Shown: in pieces, positions 27,240 through 39,643 of the stretch | Numbering within the stretch: the first letter of the stretch is position 1 | How the letters are laid out: the number at the start of each line of letters is the position of its first letter | Assembly (NCBI GenBank): GCA_010909165.1 | Contig: VJWM01000254.1 | Location: forward strand, 62,001 to 126,000 | DNA length: 64,000 nt | Direction: 5' to 3' | Source of the DNA: Anthoceros angustus | Taxonomy: Eukaryota; Plantae; Anthocerotophyta | Notes under the pieces: model-generated | Database searches by the model: none | Seen by the model: only the letters and a program-made list of their open reading frames with translations | What the model was told of the DNA's origin: nothing | Program-made: the position numbers and the translations under genes

Positions 27240-29446
27240 ATGGAGGACGCCACGTACACGCCGAAGAACATCCTCATCACAGGAGCCGCGGGCTTCATCG
27301 CCAGCCATGTGGCCAATCGGCTCATCCGGAATTACCCGCACTACAAGGTGGTGGTGCTGGACAAGCTGGACTACTGCTCCAACCTCAAGAATCTGCTGCC
27401 CAGCAAGCCGTCCAAGAACCTGAAATTCGTCAAGGGGGACATCGCCAGCGCGGATCTTGTGAACTACCTGCTGCTCACGGAGGGCATCGACACCATCATG
27501 CACTTCGCGGCGCAGACGCACGTCGACAACTCCTTCGGCAACTCCTTCGAGTTTACCAAGAACAACATCTACGGGACCCACGTGCTGCTGGAGGCGTGCA
27601 AGGTGACGGGCATCATCCGCCGCTTCATCCACGTGAGCACGGACGAGGTGTATGGCGAGACGGAGGCGGACGCCATCGTGGGCAACCACGAGGCCTCGCA
27701 GCTGCTGCCCACCAACCCCTACTCGGCCACCAAGGCCGGGGCCGAGATGCTGGTCATGGCCTACGGCAGATCCTACGGGCTGCCCGTCATCACCACCAGA
27801 GGGAACAACGTCTACGGGCCCAACCAATTCCCGGAGAAGCTCATTCCCAAGTTCATCCTGCTGGCCATGCAGGGCAAGTCGCTGCCCATCCACGGGGACG
27901 GCTCCAACGTCCGGAGCTACCTCTACTGCGAGGATGTGGCGGAGGCCTTCGAGGTGGTGCTGCACAAGGGGGTGGTGGGCCACGTCTACAACATCGGCAC
28001 CAAGAAGGAGCGCCGGGTGCTGGATGTGGCCAGGGATATCTGCAAGCTCTTCGGCACCGATGCCGAGCAGGTCATCCAGTTCGTGGACAACCGGCCCTTC
28101 AACGATCAGAGGTACTTTCTGGACGACGCCAAGCTCAAAGATCTGGGCTGGCAGGAGCGCACCACCTGGGAGGAGGGCCTGCGGAAGACCAAGGACTGGT
28201 ACACCAGCCACCCGGAATGGTGGGGTGATGTGTCCGGGGCGCTCGTGCCGCACCCGCGCATGCTCACCATGGCGGGTGTGGAGAAAATCTCCGACTTCAC
28301 CGCTGCCAACGGGGATTTGGACAAGGAGGGCAAGAGCAAGCCCAAGGAGGCCCGCCTGGATGGCGTTGTCGCCAACGGGACTCGGAATGGGATGCTTGTT
28401 CCGCCCAAGCCTGCTGCCAAGACTCCGCTCAAGTTTTTGATTTATGGGCGCACTGGCTGGATCGGGGGCCTCTTGGGAGGACTCCTGGACAAGCAGGGCA
28501 TCGCCTACGAGTACGGGTCAGGGAGGTTGGAGAACAGGGCTGCCTTGGAGGCCGATCTGGCTTTGGTCAAGCCCACCCATGTCTTCAACGCTGCGGGGGT
28601 GACTGGACGCCCCAATGTTGATTGGTGCGAGACCCATAAGGTGGAAACCGTCAGAGCCAACGTCGTTGGCACCATCACCCTGGCTGATGTCTGTCGGGAG
28701 CAGGGGATTCTGCTGCTCAACTTTGCAACCGGTTGCATCTTTGAGTACGATGCTGCCCATCCTCTGGGGTCTGGTGTTGGTTTCAAGGAAGAGGACACTC
28801 CCAACTTCACTGGCTCCTTCTATTCCAAGACCAAGGCCATGGTACGTGTGTGTGTGTGTATGCCCACTGCTTCTGTTTTTTTTTGCTTGTCATTCACCAG
28901 GGAGCCCACTGGGAGTGTTTTGGTGGCCTACTGCTACGGAGTTAAGCACCCAGTGATGTGGTAGTGAATGGACTCCGTTTGTTTGTCGTGCAGGTGGAAG
29001 AGCTTCTGAAGGAGTACGAGAATGTGTGCACTCTGCGTGTGCGCATGCCCATTACAGCTGACCTGAAGAATCCACGCAATTTCATCACCAAGATTACTCG
29101 CTATGAGAAGGTTGTCAACATCCCCAACAGCATGACCATCCTGGACGAGCTTCTTCCTATTTCCATCGAGATGGCCAAGCGGAATCTCACAGGGATCTGG
29201 AACTTCACCAACCCGGGTGTGGTGAGCCACAATGAGATCTTGGAGATGTACAAGGAGTACATCGATCCCTCTTTCAAGTATGTCAACTTCAACCTTGAGG
29301 AGCAAGCCAAGGTTATTGTTGCTCCTCGCAGCAACAACGAACTGGACACGTCCAAGATCCAGAAGGAGTTCCCAGAGTTGCTTGGAATCAAAGAGTCTTT
29401 GATCAAGTTTGTCTTCGAGCCCAACAGGAGAACTACAAAATCCTAG
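27240..29446 (+). CDS. RHM: Trifunctional UDP-glucose 4,6-dehydratase/3,5-epimerase/4-keto-reductase (UDP-rhamnose synthase), 2 exons
   Basis: GAAGFIAS, HVSTDEVYG and YSATK in the dehydratase half; GRTGWIGG and YSKTK in the reductase half; single intron ~28843-28994. Confidence 0.97.
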
Positions 29447-30100
29447 AGGAGGGTGACAGGGTTGGGCGAGTTCATTCCATTCTTTCACTAGTTTCAGGTT
29501 CCTAGCTTTCCTTCATAGGTGGGCCTTATGTCGAGGGTGTTGCAGAAGCGTACCCCAGCAATTTTATAGAGCTCATGACGTGAAGGCAAGCGACATTGAG
29601 TTCCTCAGGAATGGGATAGGTAGAAGACCGATAGCTTTGGCTGATGTAGAATACCTGGCAGGTCATGCCACATTTTTTAATTTAGTTGTATGTGTACAGA
29701 CCTCAAAGGGGCGTTATGGTCTTGTGACCGTTGGCTCTAGGACAGTTACGTAGTTTGGTCACAATTGCTCAGCATGCTTAGAGGCTGTAACAATAATTTA
29801 TATGTTATGACAAGGAACATATGGATGTGGTCCAGATAATGTTGGTCCTTGCTTCTTTATACACTGGCAGTACCCTCTTGCAGAGCATCCCTTCATCATC
29901 CGTCCTCGTTCCTGTCATGTGGACTTCGACTGTATGTGCCTGGTGAGGGTGGCGACAAAGCAACTCCCGCCGAATAAGTATGCAGACGAAGATTGGCCAC
30001 TCAGGAGGCACAGGTCTTTGACTCAAGTCAGCTTGTTGAATGAAGGTCAAGCACTACACAAGTGATTGACCATGTCTGAATACAAAGCGTTTCTAGGCTC

Positions 30101-33100
30101 CTACGATATCTGACCCAGGACCTCAAATGTGGGGGCAACGTCGATTGGAACCTGCAGCATTCAAGCACGAAAAAGCAACTTAGATGTGACCCACAGGAAC
30201 AAAATTCCAGAATTCTGAAGAAGCCCGACGGTAAATTGTGCAACACCTGAACGCTCTCCAGCTGACTTAGACAACGACGCAATGGAGGTGTTAAAACTCC
30301 GTAGGTGGCCAGCAGTGACTTGGCTGCTGATTTATCTCCTCGTGCTTGCAAGGTCAGGATTTCTTTGCTCAGGCTCTCCACCGCTCCTCTCACCTGGGAA
30401 TATGTACAGAGCCAGGTCAAACACGAAGCAGACCATCAATCACAACTCCCTGCTGTTACTGCAAACCTTGCTTGACGTTCCATGCTTACCTGGTCAAAAT
30501 CAACCGAGAACGTCCCATCTGGGTTTTCAACAAAACCCCCCTTCTCCAGAATCCAGTTGAACTGCACTGCCTGCCCTTTCCTGCATGCCAGTCAGCAGGA
30601 GCATCAGATCTTCTGTTTTGTGTTTCCTATGCGCAGTTAAGCGTTGCAAGTTTATGCCCCGCCAAATTGCCAAGACCTGGGGTGCAAGAGGAGCTGCTTA
30701 CCCGTGTGCCTCTTCCAGCCCAAATCGAATTGATCGAAAGCACCCAGCAAGGAAGGAGACATACATGGGCTTCTCGAGGTTTTCTGATATCAGTCCCTGA
30801 AGGAATAGAGATGTTAACCGCAATAGCAAAAACTCTTTAACGTGGCTTGAGGCAACATGGGGCAGAGTACATACCCTATCCAGAAGATAATGCAGGGCCC
30901 AGAGGCCAACTATGTCGGCTTTCGCTTCCTCTAGTGACGAGTGGAGTTCCTGAAGTTCCTGTATCAACCAAGCACGGATCAGAGGGAGTCAGCAGACTTG
31001 CCCTATGCACCTGCCTCGCGTTACAAGATCATGGTCGAGGGTTTTCCGAACGGAAGCAATAACGTACACGAAATGAACTCAATCAACTCACAAGTCGGAC
31101 GGTTGACTGTTTCCCACTGGGAAGAACGATGCTGTGTGGCCCAATACCGTGACAGCATTCATGGCAGATTGTGTGGGTGAAAAAGGACTCGAAGTCCACG
31201 TACTCCCGTTGTGAAGCCCCCACACTGACCTCTGCGATAGGCTTCAAAATCTGATCGAATCTGCAAATCCACGAACATACTCTGTGTGTCAAAGCTAGGG
31301 GATGGGAAATTGTTCACGGCATGAAGTGTGATTCATACTTTGCCCTTGACATGTTCTTCAACATGACCATGGCACTACCACGCTCATTCACTATGCGCTC
31401 ATCATTTGGAAGATTGAATGCTACAGTTTGTGGCCCCTTCACATCCTGCCATACAAAATTGCATCAGATGTCTCGATTCAGATACTTCAAGTGGGCCTCT
31501 GCACAGAACAGCTTCCAAGTAATAATAGCATGCACAAGTTTCAACGGGAGTCCGTGCCAAGCAGGTTCTCGGTACAGATCAGCATGCAGGACTTTCCAAG
31601 TCAGTTTACCCCAGCATTATAAAGAAGCTGAATGACACGAATAGGAGAAGCTGTGACACCCTTTGATTTATACTGAGAAGCCAGGGGCAGATTATCTTCA
31701 AGCTCCTGTCCACGGTGGGGAGGATGGTTAAGAACGGACATCAGCAGTGGAAGTTGTCAGGCTTCAAATTAAGTGCCTAACTCCAAGATAAACTCTGATA
31801 AAATATCTAGCCGTCAATCCTTTCCAATGTTGATCTCCCAAGCAGGTGCTGCAAATTTTCACCTGGAGGCGTTCACTGAAGAGCTTGAGCTGCGAGGTTG
31901 CTACCTCATCCCGTATCCCAATGAAAGCTTCAAAAGTTGCCTACAGGAAGACAGCTCATAACACTGAATTTTCGAATTGTGTTGAGGTACAAATGAAGTT
32001 TTATACAAAAAAATATCTGCTAGGTGGTCATACCTTGTATCCATAAAGTGCATCTTCATATGTCTCATATGGACCAATTGTGACATCAACTGGAGAGTCC
32101 TGCCACCAAGAGAATGAGGTAGGTCTGTATTCCAGCTAGCAAGGAAAGCGAGCTGGTGTTGTGTAAGTCAGAACCTAGTCAGCCAAACAAAGTGCTTACT
32201 AGCTCCATCCATGCAATGTCCGAATCATAGTAGTCATTTGAGAGAAATGCATCGGCCTTGGACTTGAGCAACTTCTTCAAACTGAAAGCCAGACCAGAAT
32301 AAAGCACTTAAGTTTCTTCTCGTGTGTGCATACTTCTGATTCTGTTGCCATACAAGGAACAAATCTTTCTGCGTTTCATATCCAGACCTGGGCGTCTCGG
32401 CAAGATCTCCGGCTGTGTGCAGATATTTAGATGCTTGAGTCAGCAAAGCACCATACTCCACAGGGTAAGGAATTATCTTCAAGTTGTACAGGGTTGGGTC
32501 ACTTGGTCGTCTAATCGTTGTGAAGAACCCAGTAGCTGCTTCCTGCTCTTTGGGCTCCAAACTTGACTTCCATATCTCAAACTCCTGTTGTGATTGCAGC
32601 TTGTTTGGTGTGAGTAAGCTCAAACCAAGGGAAACCTGAATAATAGACTCGTGAAGAGATGGAAACTAAAGGCCCGTCCATGTATCACTGTTTGTCACAT
32701 TACCGCTTTGTCCATATCTGAAGGATAGAAGTTTGCACCAGATGGCTTTTGGACTGGGAATGCTGCCCTGTATTTCAAACCCTCCCACCCAGGCACAGCT
32801 TTCACAGCCTTCTCAGCACTGACCAAAGCCGAATCTGCTGTCGTCAAGAAGGCTTCATTCTCATCAAGGAGCGACCTGTATCACAAGACATCAAGTGGAC
32901 TCCGCTAAGGCTGTGTGGTACAAAATCATGATCATAATCTTCAAGATGCCCCAGAAACGTTCCCCGCGGGTCTAGCAGGAGATATACATGCCATCTACCT
33001 AGTGAACTCAAACTGTTTATCAGTGACTTACCAGGGACTTTTGTTGATCTTATAATAAGCAAGCTTCAACTCATCAAGCTCCGACTCAGATGACCTCAGC

Positions 33101-34641
33101 TCAAGCCAGGTCTTCAGTGCTGGGTTTGTGAGCCACTCCTGCATCAGATTCCAGGTCAAATAGCTCCTCTACTGATCAAATTGGGAAGGAGCATTCTGTG
33201 CCAACAACCACAGACCTGCTCGAGAAAGATCCTTTCGAGCACCCCAGCAGCTTGGATGATGAACGGTATAGCAAGACGGTCACCATTTCTCAGCTGTTCG
33301 AGCTGCACAACAGGATGAAGCAATGGAAAGAAAAAGATATCAAAATGAAAACTCAAAAAGACCATTCCCGTAAGCAGAGAGCAGCACCTCAATCAACAAG
33401 GTGAGTGCGCGAACAAGTTAAATAGTAGAAGTTCCCTGCACTCACTTAAAGACTACCAACCTGTGAACCAAACTTGGTAGGCACGTATCTACTGAGCTGA
33501 GTCTTGAGAGACAAGATTCTGGCTTCCTTGTTGACCTCATATCTGCAGTTCTCCAAGGATGCTGAAACTCAGCAGGCAGTTTGCTGAATGTTGTTACAAA
33601 ACCCTCAATGCTGATATCAGGGAGTACTCTACTGGGGATACCAGGGAGTACTCTAAAGAAGCAGGCTGTCTAACCTGCTCTTGATGGCAGAGAAAAAGCG
33701 GCTATAGCCTCCATCCACTTCAACAGGAACATAGGCAGGATCTTCCTTCCGAACCAAATCTTCAAACTCTTTCCAGCCGATATACTTCACTGCAGAAACT
33801 TCTGACTCCTGGAGCGTATCCAGATTCACGTGGCGAGCAAACAGAATTGATGGCATTATAATCTAACCAGAGGTTTGAGGGAAAAACCTGCAGGGTGAAG
33901 GCTTCCAGTGGGATTGGCTTCTCCGTCGTGATGAGATAGACATCGTTATACTCGTTGTTGATGAAAGCTCCATTATTAGTAGTACTGCAACGAAGACGAG
34001 AGGCATCATCACTCCCACCTAAAGCTGAGACGGAAGGAGTAACCCAGCTGATCACGTGGGTAATTACCACTCTTGGAGATAGACAAAGAGTAACTCAAAG
34101 GCATCAGATGGCAGGGTCACTCCAAGCTCCTCTTGCAGCTCCCTCCTGCACCAACCTCCTAGTGGTCAACATGGACGCCGAAGCATCAGAACGCACACGA
34201 ATGCGCAAAAGACTCCAACTTGACATGCTCCTCATCATATCGTACTGTGCGGTGATGAGGGAAGAGTCGCCGGCGGAAATGTGGCCAGCGCTGGAGATAT
34301 CCCACAGTCCAGGCCACGAGTCTTTGCTGTCCGCCCGCTTCTGAAGCAGCAACTCCCCGGTGCTCTCAGCGTAGATCCAGACATGCACTGCTCTGTGGTA
34401 ATCGCCATCTTGGTGGACCAAGCTCCTGAATTACCCACAATGAAGCATGGCAGCCTGGATCACCATCCTACAGCGAAATCCTCTAAATGGGCAACCAACC
34501 TACAACAGCCAAAAGTCACAACTTTGGCAGAAATTCGCACCGTGGCTTGGACACCCCTGTGTGAAGCCCAGCTTTGGTCAGCACGTCGAGACGCTCCTCT
34601 GCAGCCGCAACATCTCCAGGACCCAGCCCCACACCTCCCAT
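30101..34641 (-). CDS. NUDT3: Nudix hydrolase 3 (Nudix domain fused to M49/dipeptidyl peptidase III-like domain), multi-exon
   Basis: GDYHRAVHVWIY, GHISAGDSSLITAQRELQEELG, FINNEYNDVY, HECCHGIGPH zinc motif, LEEAKADIVGLWA; ends VPIDVAPTFEVLGQIS*. Confidence 0.95.
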
Positions 34642-35164
34642 TGCAACCTCTCTACTTCCGGGAGATGGTCAAGCTGGGCTCTGTTGAATTGATGTTAAGG
34701 GTGTAGCTCGATTGTGAATGCCAATTGGGGATGAGAGAGAGGCACGTGACAGGCACGAGTCAATTACACAGGCTCGCTGCCGTCTGGTTTGGAAATTGGG
34801 TTGTGGCAACTTCGGAGCATCTCTGCCTGCACAAGCGGCTTCTTTCCAAGACGAGAGCAGTATCCACTTCTACATACATATTAGCCTTTTCGAGGCCAAG
34901 AGTGCATGAATAACGGCTGTTGGATTTCCGTTGGATTCTGAATGAACTCGCAACTTTCTGGAAGCACGGAATCGCAGACAGGCTTCCATCTCGGCTGGCA
35001 GGAGACGGGGCATTGCAGTTTGCAGGCGTGTGTGCTGCTCATGTTGGACCGATGCTGGGATGGCTGCTCCATCTCGGGGCGCTTGCAAAATGAGAAGTCA
35101 TCAGGGATTTAGAGAGCTCCGGGTGCCTGTGTTGGTGTAGCGCAGCTGGGAATTTGGACCTGCT

Positions 35165-36075
35165 TTGGATGCTTGCCCAGACATGTTATTGTCGTGGAGC
35201 TGTTGCACAGGGTGTCAGCTGCCGGGCAGAGCGGCTTGGCTGCCTTCTCGTGATTCGACCTTGAGAAGATGGGACAGGCTGGTGAGCAAGGCGATTTGCA
35301 GCCAGGTGTTGTACAAGGACCTGTATCTGTATGGGGTGGAATCCGATTTCGACTGGTTGCAGCACCTGCATACAGACAGGCATGTGCGGGCCAAGGCTGA
35401 GGTCAGTTTGGCCGGCAAGTCCGGGACTGCCTCCTTGAGGGTTGCGGAGAGGGATGGAGAGGCAGAGGTGGATGGTGGTGACGGGGACATCTGGGTGGCG
35501 TACCTTCTGCTCTCCTGTGACAAGCAAACCACACTTCAGGGTGTGACAACTGACCTACCTCGCAGGTGCTGCTTCTCCTTTGCGCGCTGATGTGTCTGGC
35601 CTTTTTCAGTCACCCTGGTTCTCAGAGCTTTGACGATATCACATTGCTGGATAGATTGAAGCAGCAGAATGGTGCTTTGAAAGGCGGTGCCAAGGTATCC
35701 CGAGCAGGCAGGCCTTGGCGAGTTCTGTGCACTGTCAGGGGATTCATCGGCAAGAGTGAAGGTGAGTGGACATAGCCGCTCCTCATCGCTGTTTCTCCAT
35801 GTACTTGTTCAGCCGGCAGCAGTCATGTCCCAACCGCATCTGTTTATGCAGCTTTCCAATTCTGGTATTTGTGGGATAGTTTGACAAAGGCTTCAACAAC
35901 TGACGGGCCTGAGCGAGAAGATGTAGCCAAGTGGGGCAAGTATTCAGCAGCCCGTGCTGTAATCTGTCGCCTTGCTGCGCTAGAAAGATCGAGAACCCAC
36001 GAAGACTTTTCGAACCTGCAAGTCGACTATCCGGATGACGAAGCCAGTCTTCGTTTCACAGAGGGGAAGGAATGA
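35165..36075 (+). CDS. SLX1-like GIY-YIG domain protein, copy 1, catalytic residues substituted (start uncertain)
   Basis: WVAYLLLSCDKQTTLQGVTTDLPRR|LKQQNGALKGGAKVSRAGRPW...E|AFQFWYLW. The two intron positions are the same as in copy 2. Confidence 0.75.
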
Positions 36076-36652
36076 TTGAGTTAGCACCTGGTCCCAGGTA
36101 ACACTCTAGGAAACTAAAATCTAGCCAGTAGCTCTTTCACACTGCTATGTTGGTCTTCAGTCCAAGCTGGTGAGTTTTTTCACCAGTTCCTGCTCTGATG
36201 ATCTCTGCTTCTCGGGGGCTCCGGATTCTTAACCCGCCAAGCAGCTGCACTGCTGGACCTCCTTCAATCTGTGGCGAGATCGGTCTTGAAGACACGCTGG
36301 ATGGGATGCAACTTCCTCGTCTAGTTTTCCAAACTTGCAGTTGCCCATTTCGGTTGCGTACCACATGAAACCCTTTTTCGTCATGTCGATTGCAGACGAA
36401 GGTTCTGCTGCTTGGAGTCATTTGCAAAACTAGCTTCAGCTCATGACAGCTCGGAGTCGAGTTGAGCAGCCATGATGGTATCCTTGGTATACCTGGCAGG
36501 ACTGCAGTTGCAGGGCCGTGCAGTTGGGGAACATAAGTCGGCCATGCTTGGTCTCCTTGTCCAACAATTGCTTCAAAGCTTGCTCACTTGTCTCCAAATT
36601 TTCAGAACGTTTCTGATGACACAACACAAAGGTGTCTTTTTCCCACTTGCAG

Positions 36653-37212
36653 TATGATCCCTTGGACACACATAAAGCCCTGAAGAAGAATATAGTCAAC
36701 CTAAACGTTCCGACACAACAGGTGCCTTTTTTCCAGGGCAGGGTATGGGCAATGCTGCCCATCCAAGTTCCAGTCCCAGAAAGAGATGACCTGAATGATC
36801 TGGCGTTTTCTTGCAGTCATGCAGAGACAGCTTGCGTCCTCGATTTTCACCTGTTTCGTTTTGCACTTTGAAGTCGTAAAATATCCGTTGAGAGCCTGCA
36901 TCTCCACGCAGTACCAACCTAGATTAAAGGAATTCGTACGAAAAGCTGTAGCATTCTACGAGGTGACAACTCACGAGCCTCCGAGATGTGTTTTGCTGCT
37001 GAATGCCTTTTCCTCCCACTTCACGGTAGAGGGTATGCTGGTAGTCTACATGTATGCGGTGTGATGAGAGGCCAGACCAGAGGTGCATCGCCCCGAAGTA
37101 AGGTCTGACCAGAACGGAAAGGTGTCTGCAGAGGTTGCTGGAATTTGGACAACAGTGGAACCATATAAGGGCGTGCAGCAGCAACGGAAGCCGATGCAGA
37201 AAGGATTGTTAA
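36653..37212 (+). CDS. Unidentified spliced ORF fragment (three phase-0 exons; 5' end unresolved)
   Basis: AG/GT-bounded exons join in frame: YDPLDTHKALKKNIVNLNVPTQQVPFFQGR / YQPRLKEFVRKAVAFYE / RLLEFGQQWNHIRACSSNGSRCRKDC*. Confidence 0.35.
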
Positions 37213-37316
37213 TGGGTTGCAGGGCATTACCCTATTCCGCAGCCATCTACAGTTATGGGATAACACACGTCTTCCTCAAGACACAGTCGTCACAGCACAG
37301 AACTATCCTCTCCAAC

Positions 37317-38080
37317 ATGCGGATCCACAAGTGCGAACACATCCAACAAGAACCGATCGCCCCTCCGACCCCTTCCAAGAGTTGCAATAAACGAAAGGCT
37401 TCTTCCTCCATCGGCAGCCCAGGTGACGGAGCTGAAGCCAACAGCTCAGAGCCAGTCAAGCCGAAAACCCTAACCGATGATGACGACGCAGCTCGTGCTT
37501 GGAGAGTGTATCTCCTCCTCTCCTCCGACTGGAAGAGAACCTACGTTGGCATGACAAATGACTTGTCTCGAAGGTATGCTGCTCAATCTCACCCGTTCCG
37601 CCTTTCACAAACTCATGACGCCACTCTCATCTCACCTAGCTTTCTTGACATTCTCACAGACTTAAACAACACAACGGCGAGATCCGAGGAGGCGCCAAGA
37701 GTTGCCGTGCAGGAGCCCGACCATGGAAGGTTGTGTGCGTTGTGAACGGCTTCCGCACAAGAAGCCAAGGCAAGCATTCTTACTGCTTTCTGCAATCCCC
37801 GCTGCCATTTCATCTGCTTTACGTTGTGTGTTGAATTACCCTAAAACAAAATGGCGACATGCTCGACGCGCTTACAGCTTTGCAGTTCGAATGCTGGTGG
37901 AAACGCGTATCCGCCACAGCCAAGAGCGAGGAAGGCGTTTCAGAAGAGCTCACCAGACTGTCCAGCTACTTCAAGTCGCCTCTCATCCTTCGCCGCCGAG
38001 CTGCCTTGGAGAAGGCTCTGGAGAGGGCGCACCAACAGCCGACAGCCGCAGACGTACAGGCGGGCTGGCAGCCTGACTAA
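37317..38080 (+). CDS. SLX1-like GIY-YIG endonuclease, copy 2, catalytic residues intact (start inferred)
   Basis: WRVYLLLSSDWKRTYVGMTNDLSRR|LKQHNGEIRGGAKSCRAGARPW...Q|ALQFECWWK; the second intron is GC-AG. Confidence 0.85.
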
Positions 38081-38262
38081 GCAGGAGCCTAACAGTTTAA
38101 CAATGACCACTTATTTCTAATTAACCGATTCGTTTCGCGGTAACTTTTCTTTTACGGCGTGTATATACATGTGCATACCACATGCTCCGATTCCAGAAGC
38201 TGCGTCTGTTTCGACTCTCCGAGCGCTTTTGGCCGCGATCCTCCAAGGTGCGCTTACTCTCT

Positions 38263-38353
38263 AATATGTGATGCCGTTTTGAGCCGCATCTGTGCCGCCT
38301 TGTTCGTTTGAGTTCTTGATCTCATCTCGCGGTCCAGACCGTATCTGATGTTT
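38263..38353 (+). ncRNA. Candidate box C/D snoRNA in a putative 5'-UTR intron of TMA7
   Basis: GTGATGC (C-like box, 38268) and CTGA (38345), with a short terminal stem aatat/atgtt, inside a GT..AG segment 38248-38381. No target identified. Confidence 0.3.
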
Positions 38354-38453
38354 GCTATCCCGGCGTGGGACGGTTTTGCAGAAAATATCCAGCCTCTCAG
38401 CGGCCGCTTCATTCGCAGTGCAAATATTTAGGAGCTCGACACCGGCGGGCATC

Positions 38454-39188
38454 ATGTCTGGACGGCAGGGTATGTCATGCAGTTCCGCCCAATCCTAGTA
38501 CCTGCTGCTACTTTGGTCCTGCTGCTGTTAGGACCCCCGTCCTATGTCAGGAAGCTTTCGTTCTTTGGCATGGGAATGGAGTGAGTCTGGAGCTCGTTAG
38601 CGCACGTGGGGAATGACGGGTTTCGAGTCTGGGTGGAAATTGAATGTCTCTTGTTCGTTTTGCTGGAATTCATTTCGTCACGATGGGATGCGTTGGTACG
38701 AACTGCAGTTGTCACCTAGGGTGGTCGTGTGATGCAGCATTCGCTGCACGTCCTTGCACACTTAGGGTTTGCCCGGACACCTGGCCCGAGCTTGCTGTCG
38801 TCAATGGTTAAGGGTGCTGTATTGATGTAGGTGGAAAGCTCAAGCCCTTGAAGGCTGCCAAGACCGACAAGAAAGAGTACGATGAGGTAATACCGTCTCA
38901 AGGTGTTTGCATTTCTGTTGCGCAAGGTTGGAAGGAGTTGGGTGGTGTGAATTGTGTTATACTGAATTGCTTTCCATCTTCCAGTCTGACCTCGCACATC
39001 TTCAAAAGAAGAAGGACGAAGAGAAGGTATGATGTGTGCTGCTTTAAGGTTGTGGCTGGCCCTTACTAGTAGAGCATGTCAGTGAGCAATTGTCTGTCTT
39101 TCGTCAGGCTTTGAAGGACTTGAAAGCCAAAGCAGCAGGAAAGGGCACCTTCGGCGGTGCAGGATTGAAGAAGAGTGGCAAGAAATGA
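38454..39188 (+). CDS. TMA7: Translation machinery-associated protein 7, 4 exons
   Basis: MSGRQG|GKLKPLKAAKTDKKEYDE|SDLAHLQKKKDEEK|ALKDLKAKAAGKGTFGGAGLKKSGKK*. Confidence 0.95.
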
Positions 39189-39643
39189 GTAAAGGCTGTT
39201 GGCACCTCAGAACCTTTGCACTAGCTGGATGAACGGTCTGCAAAATGGCAGAACGAAGTTCAAGATGTGAAGTCAGACTGCGACTCCTCCGCATGCATTA
39301 TGTCGAGGAATGTTGTTTTGTTTCGGATGTTTCCTAGTAGTCTATCCCTTTGGGGCTGGCATTAGCTCTCGACTTGCCAGCAGGTTAGAACCAACTCACT
39401 GTTCTGACGAGCTATGTCATGTCTCGTTAGTATGTACTTGGTCGAGAGGAGCACACCAGCCCTATTGGCTGAGCTTCCTGTCAAGACATGTAACGGGCGA
39501 TGAATGCTATTTCAGTTCCCTTTTCCCTCTTCGCATCCAAGTGCATCATATCTTTGTCGCCCACCAGTTCGACAAGACTGTGCTGTCCAAACGTGAGTGA
39601 TCGACCCAAAGCATGGCCCCATAGCAAGCAGCAGCAGACAAGT

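Noticed and set aside
26865-28253. 462-aa antisense ORF over RHM
   Set aside because: Shadow of the GC3-rich RHM coding frame; no recognisable domain.
33613-33654. 19-bp direct repeat in NUDT3
   Set aside because: Intronic, with no effect on flanking exons.
36477-36484. GTATCCTT as a U12 5' splice site
   Set aside because: No TCCTTRAY branch site before the next acceptor and no consistent upstream exon.
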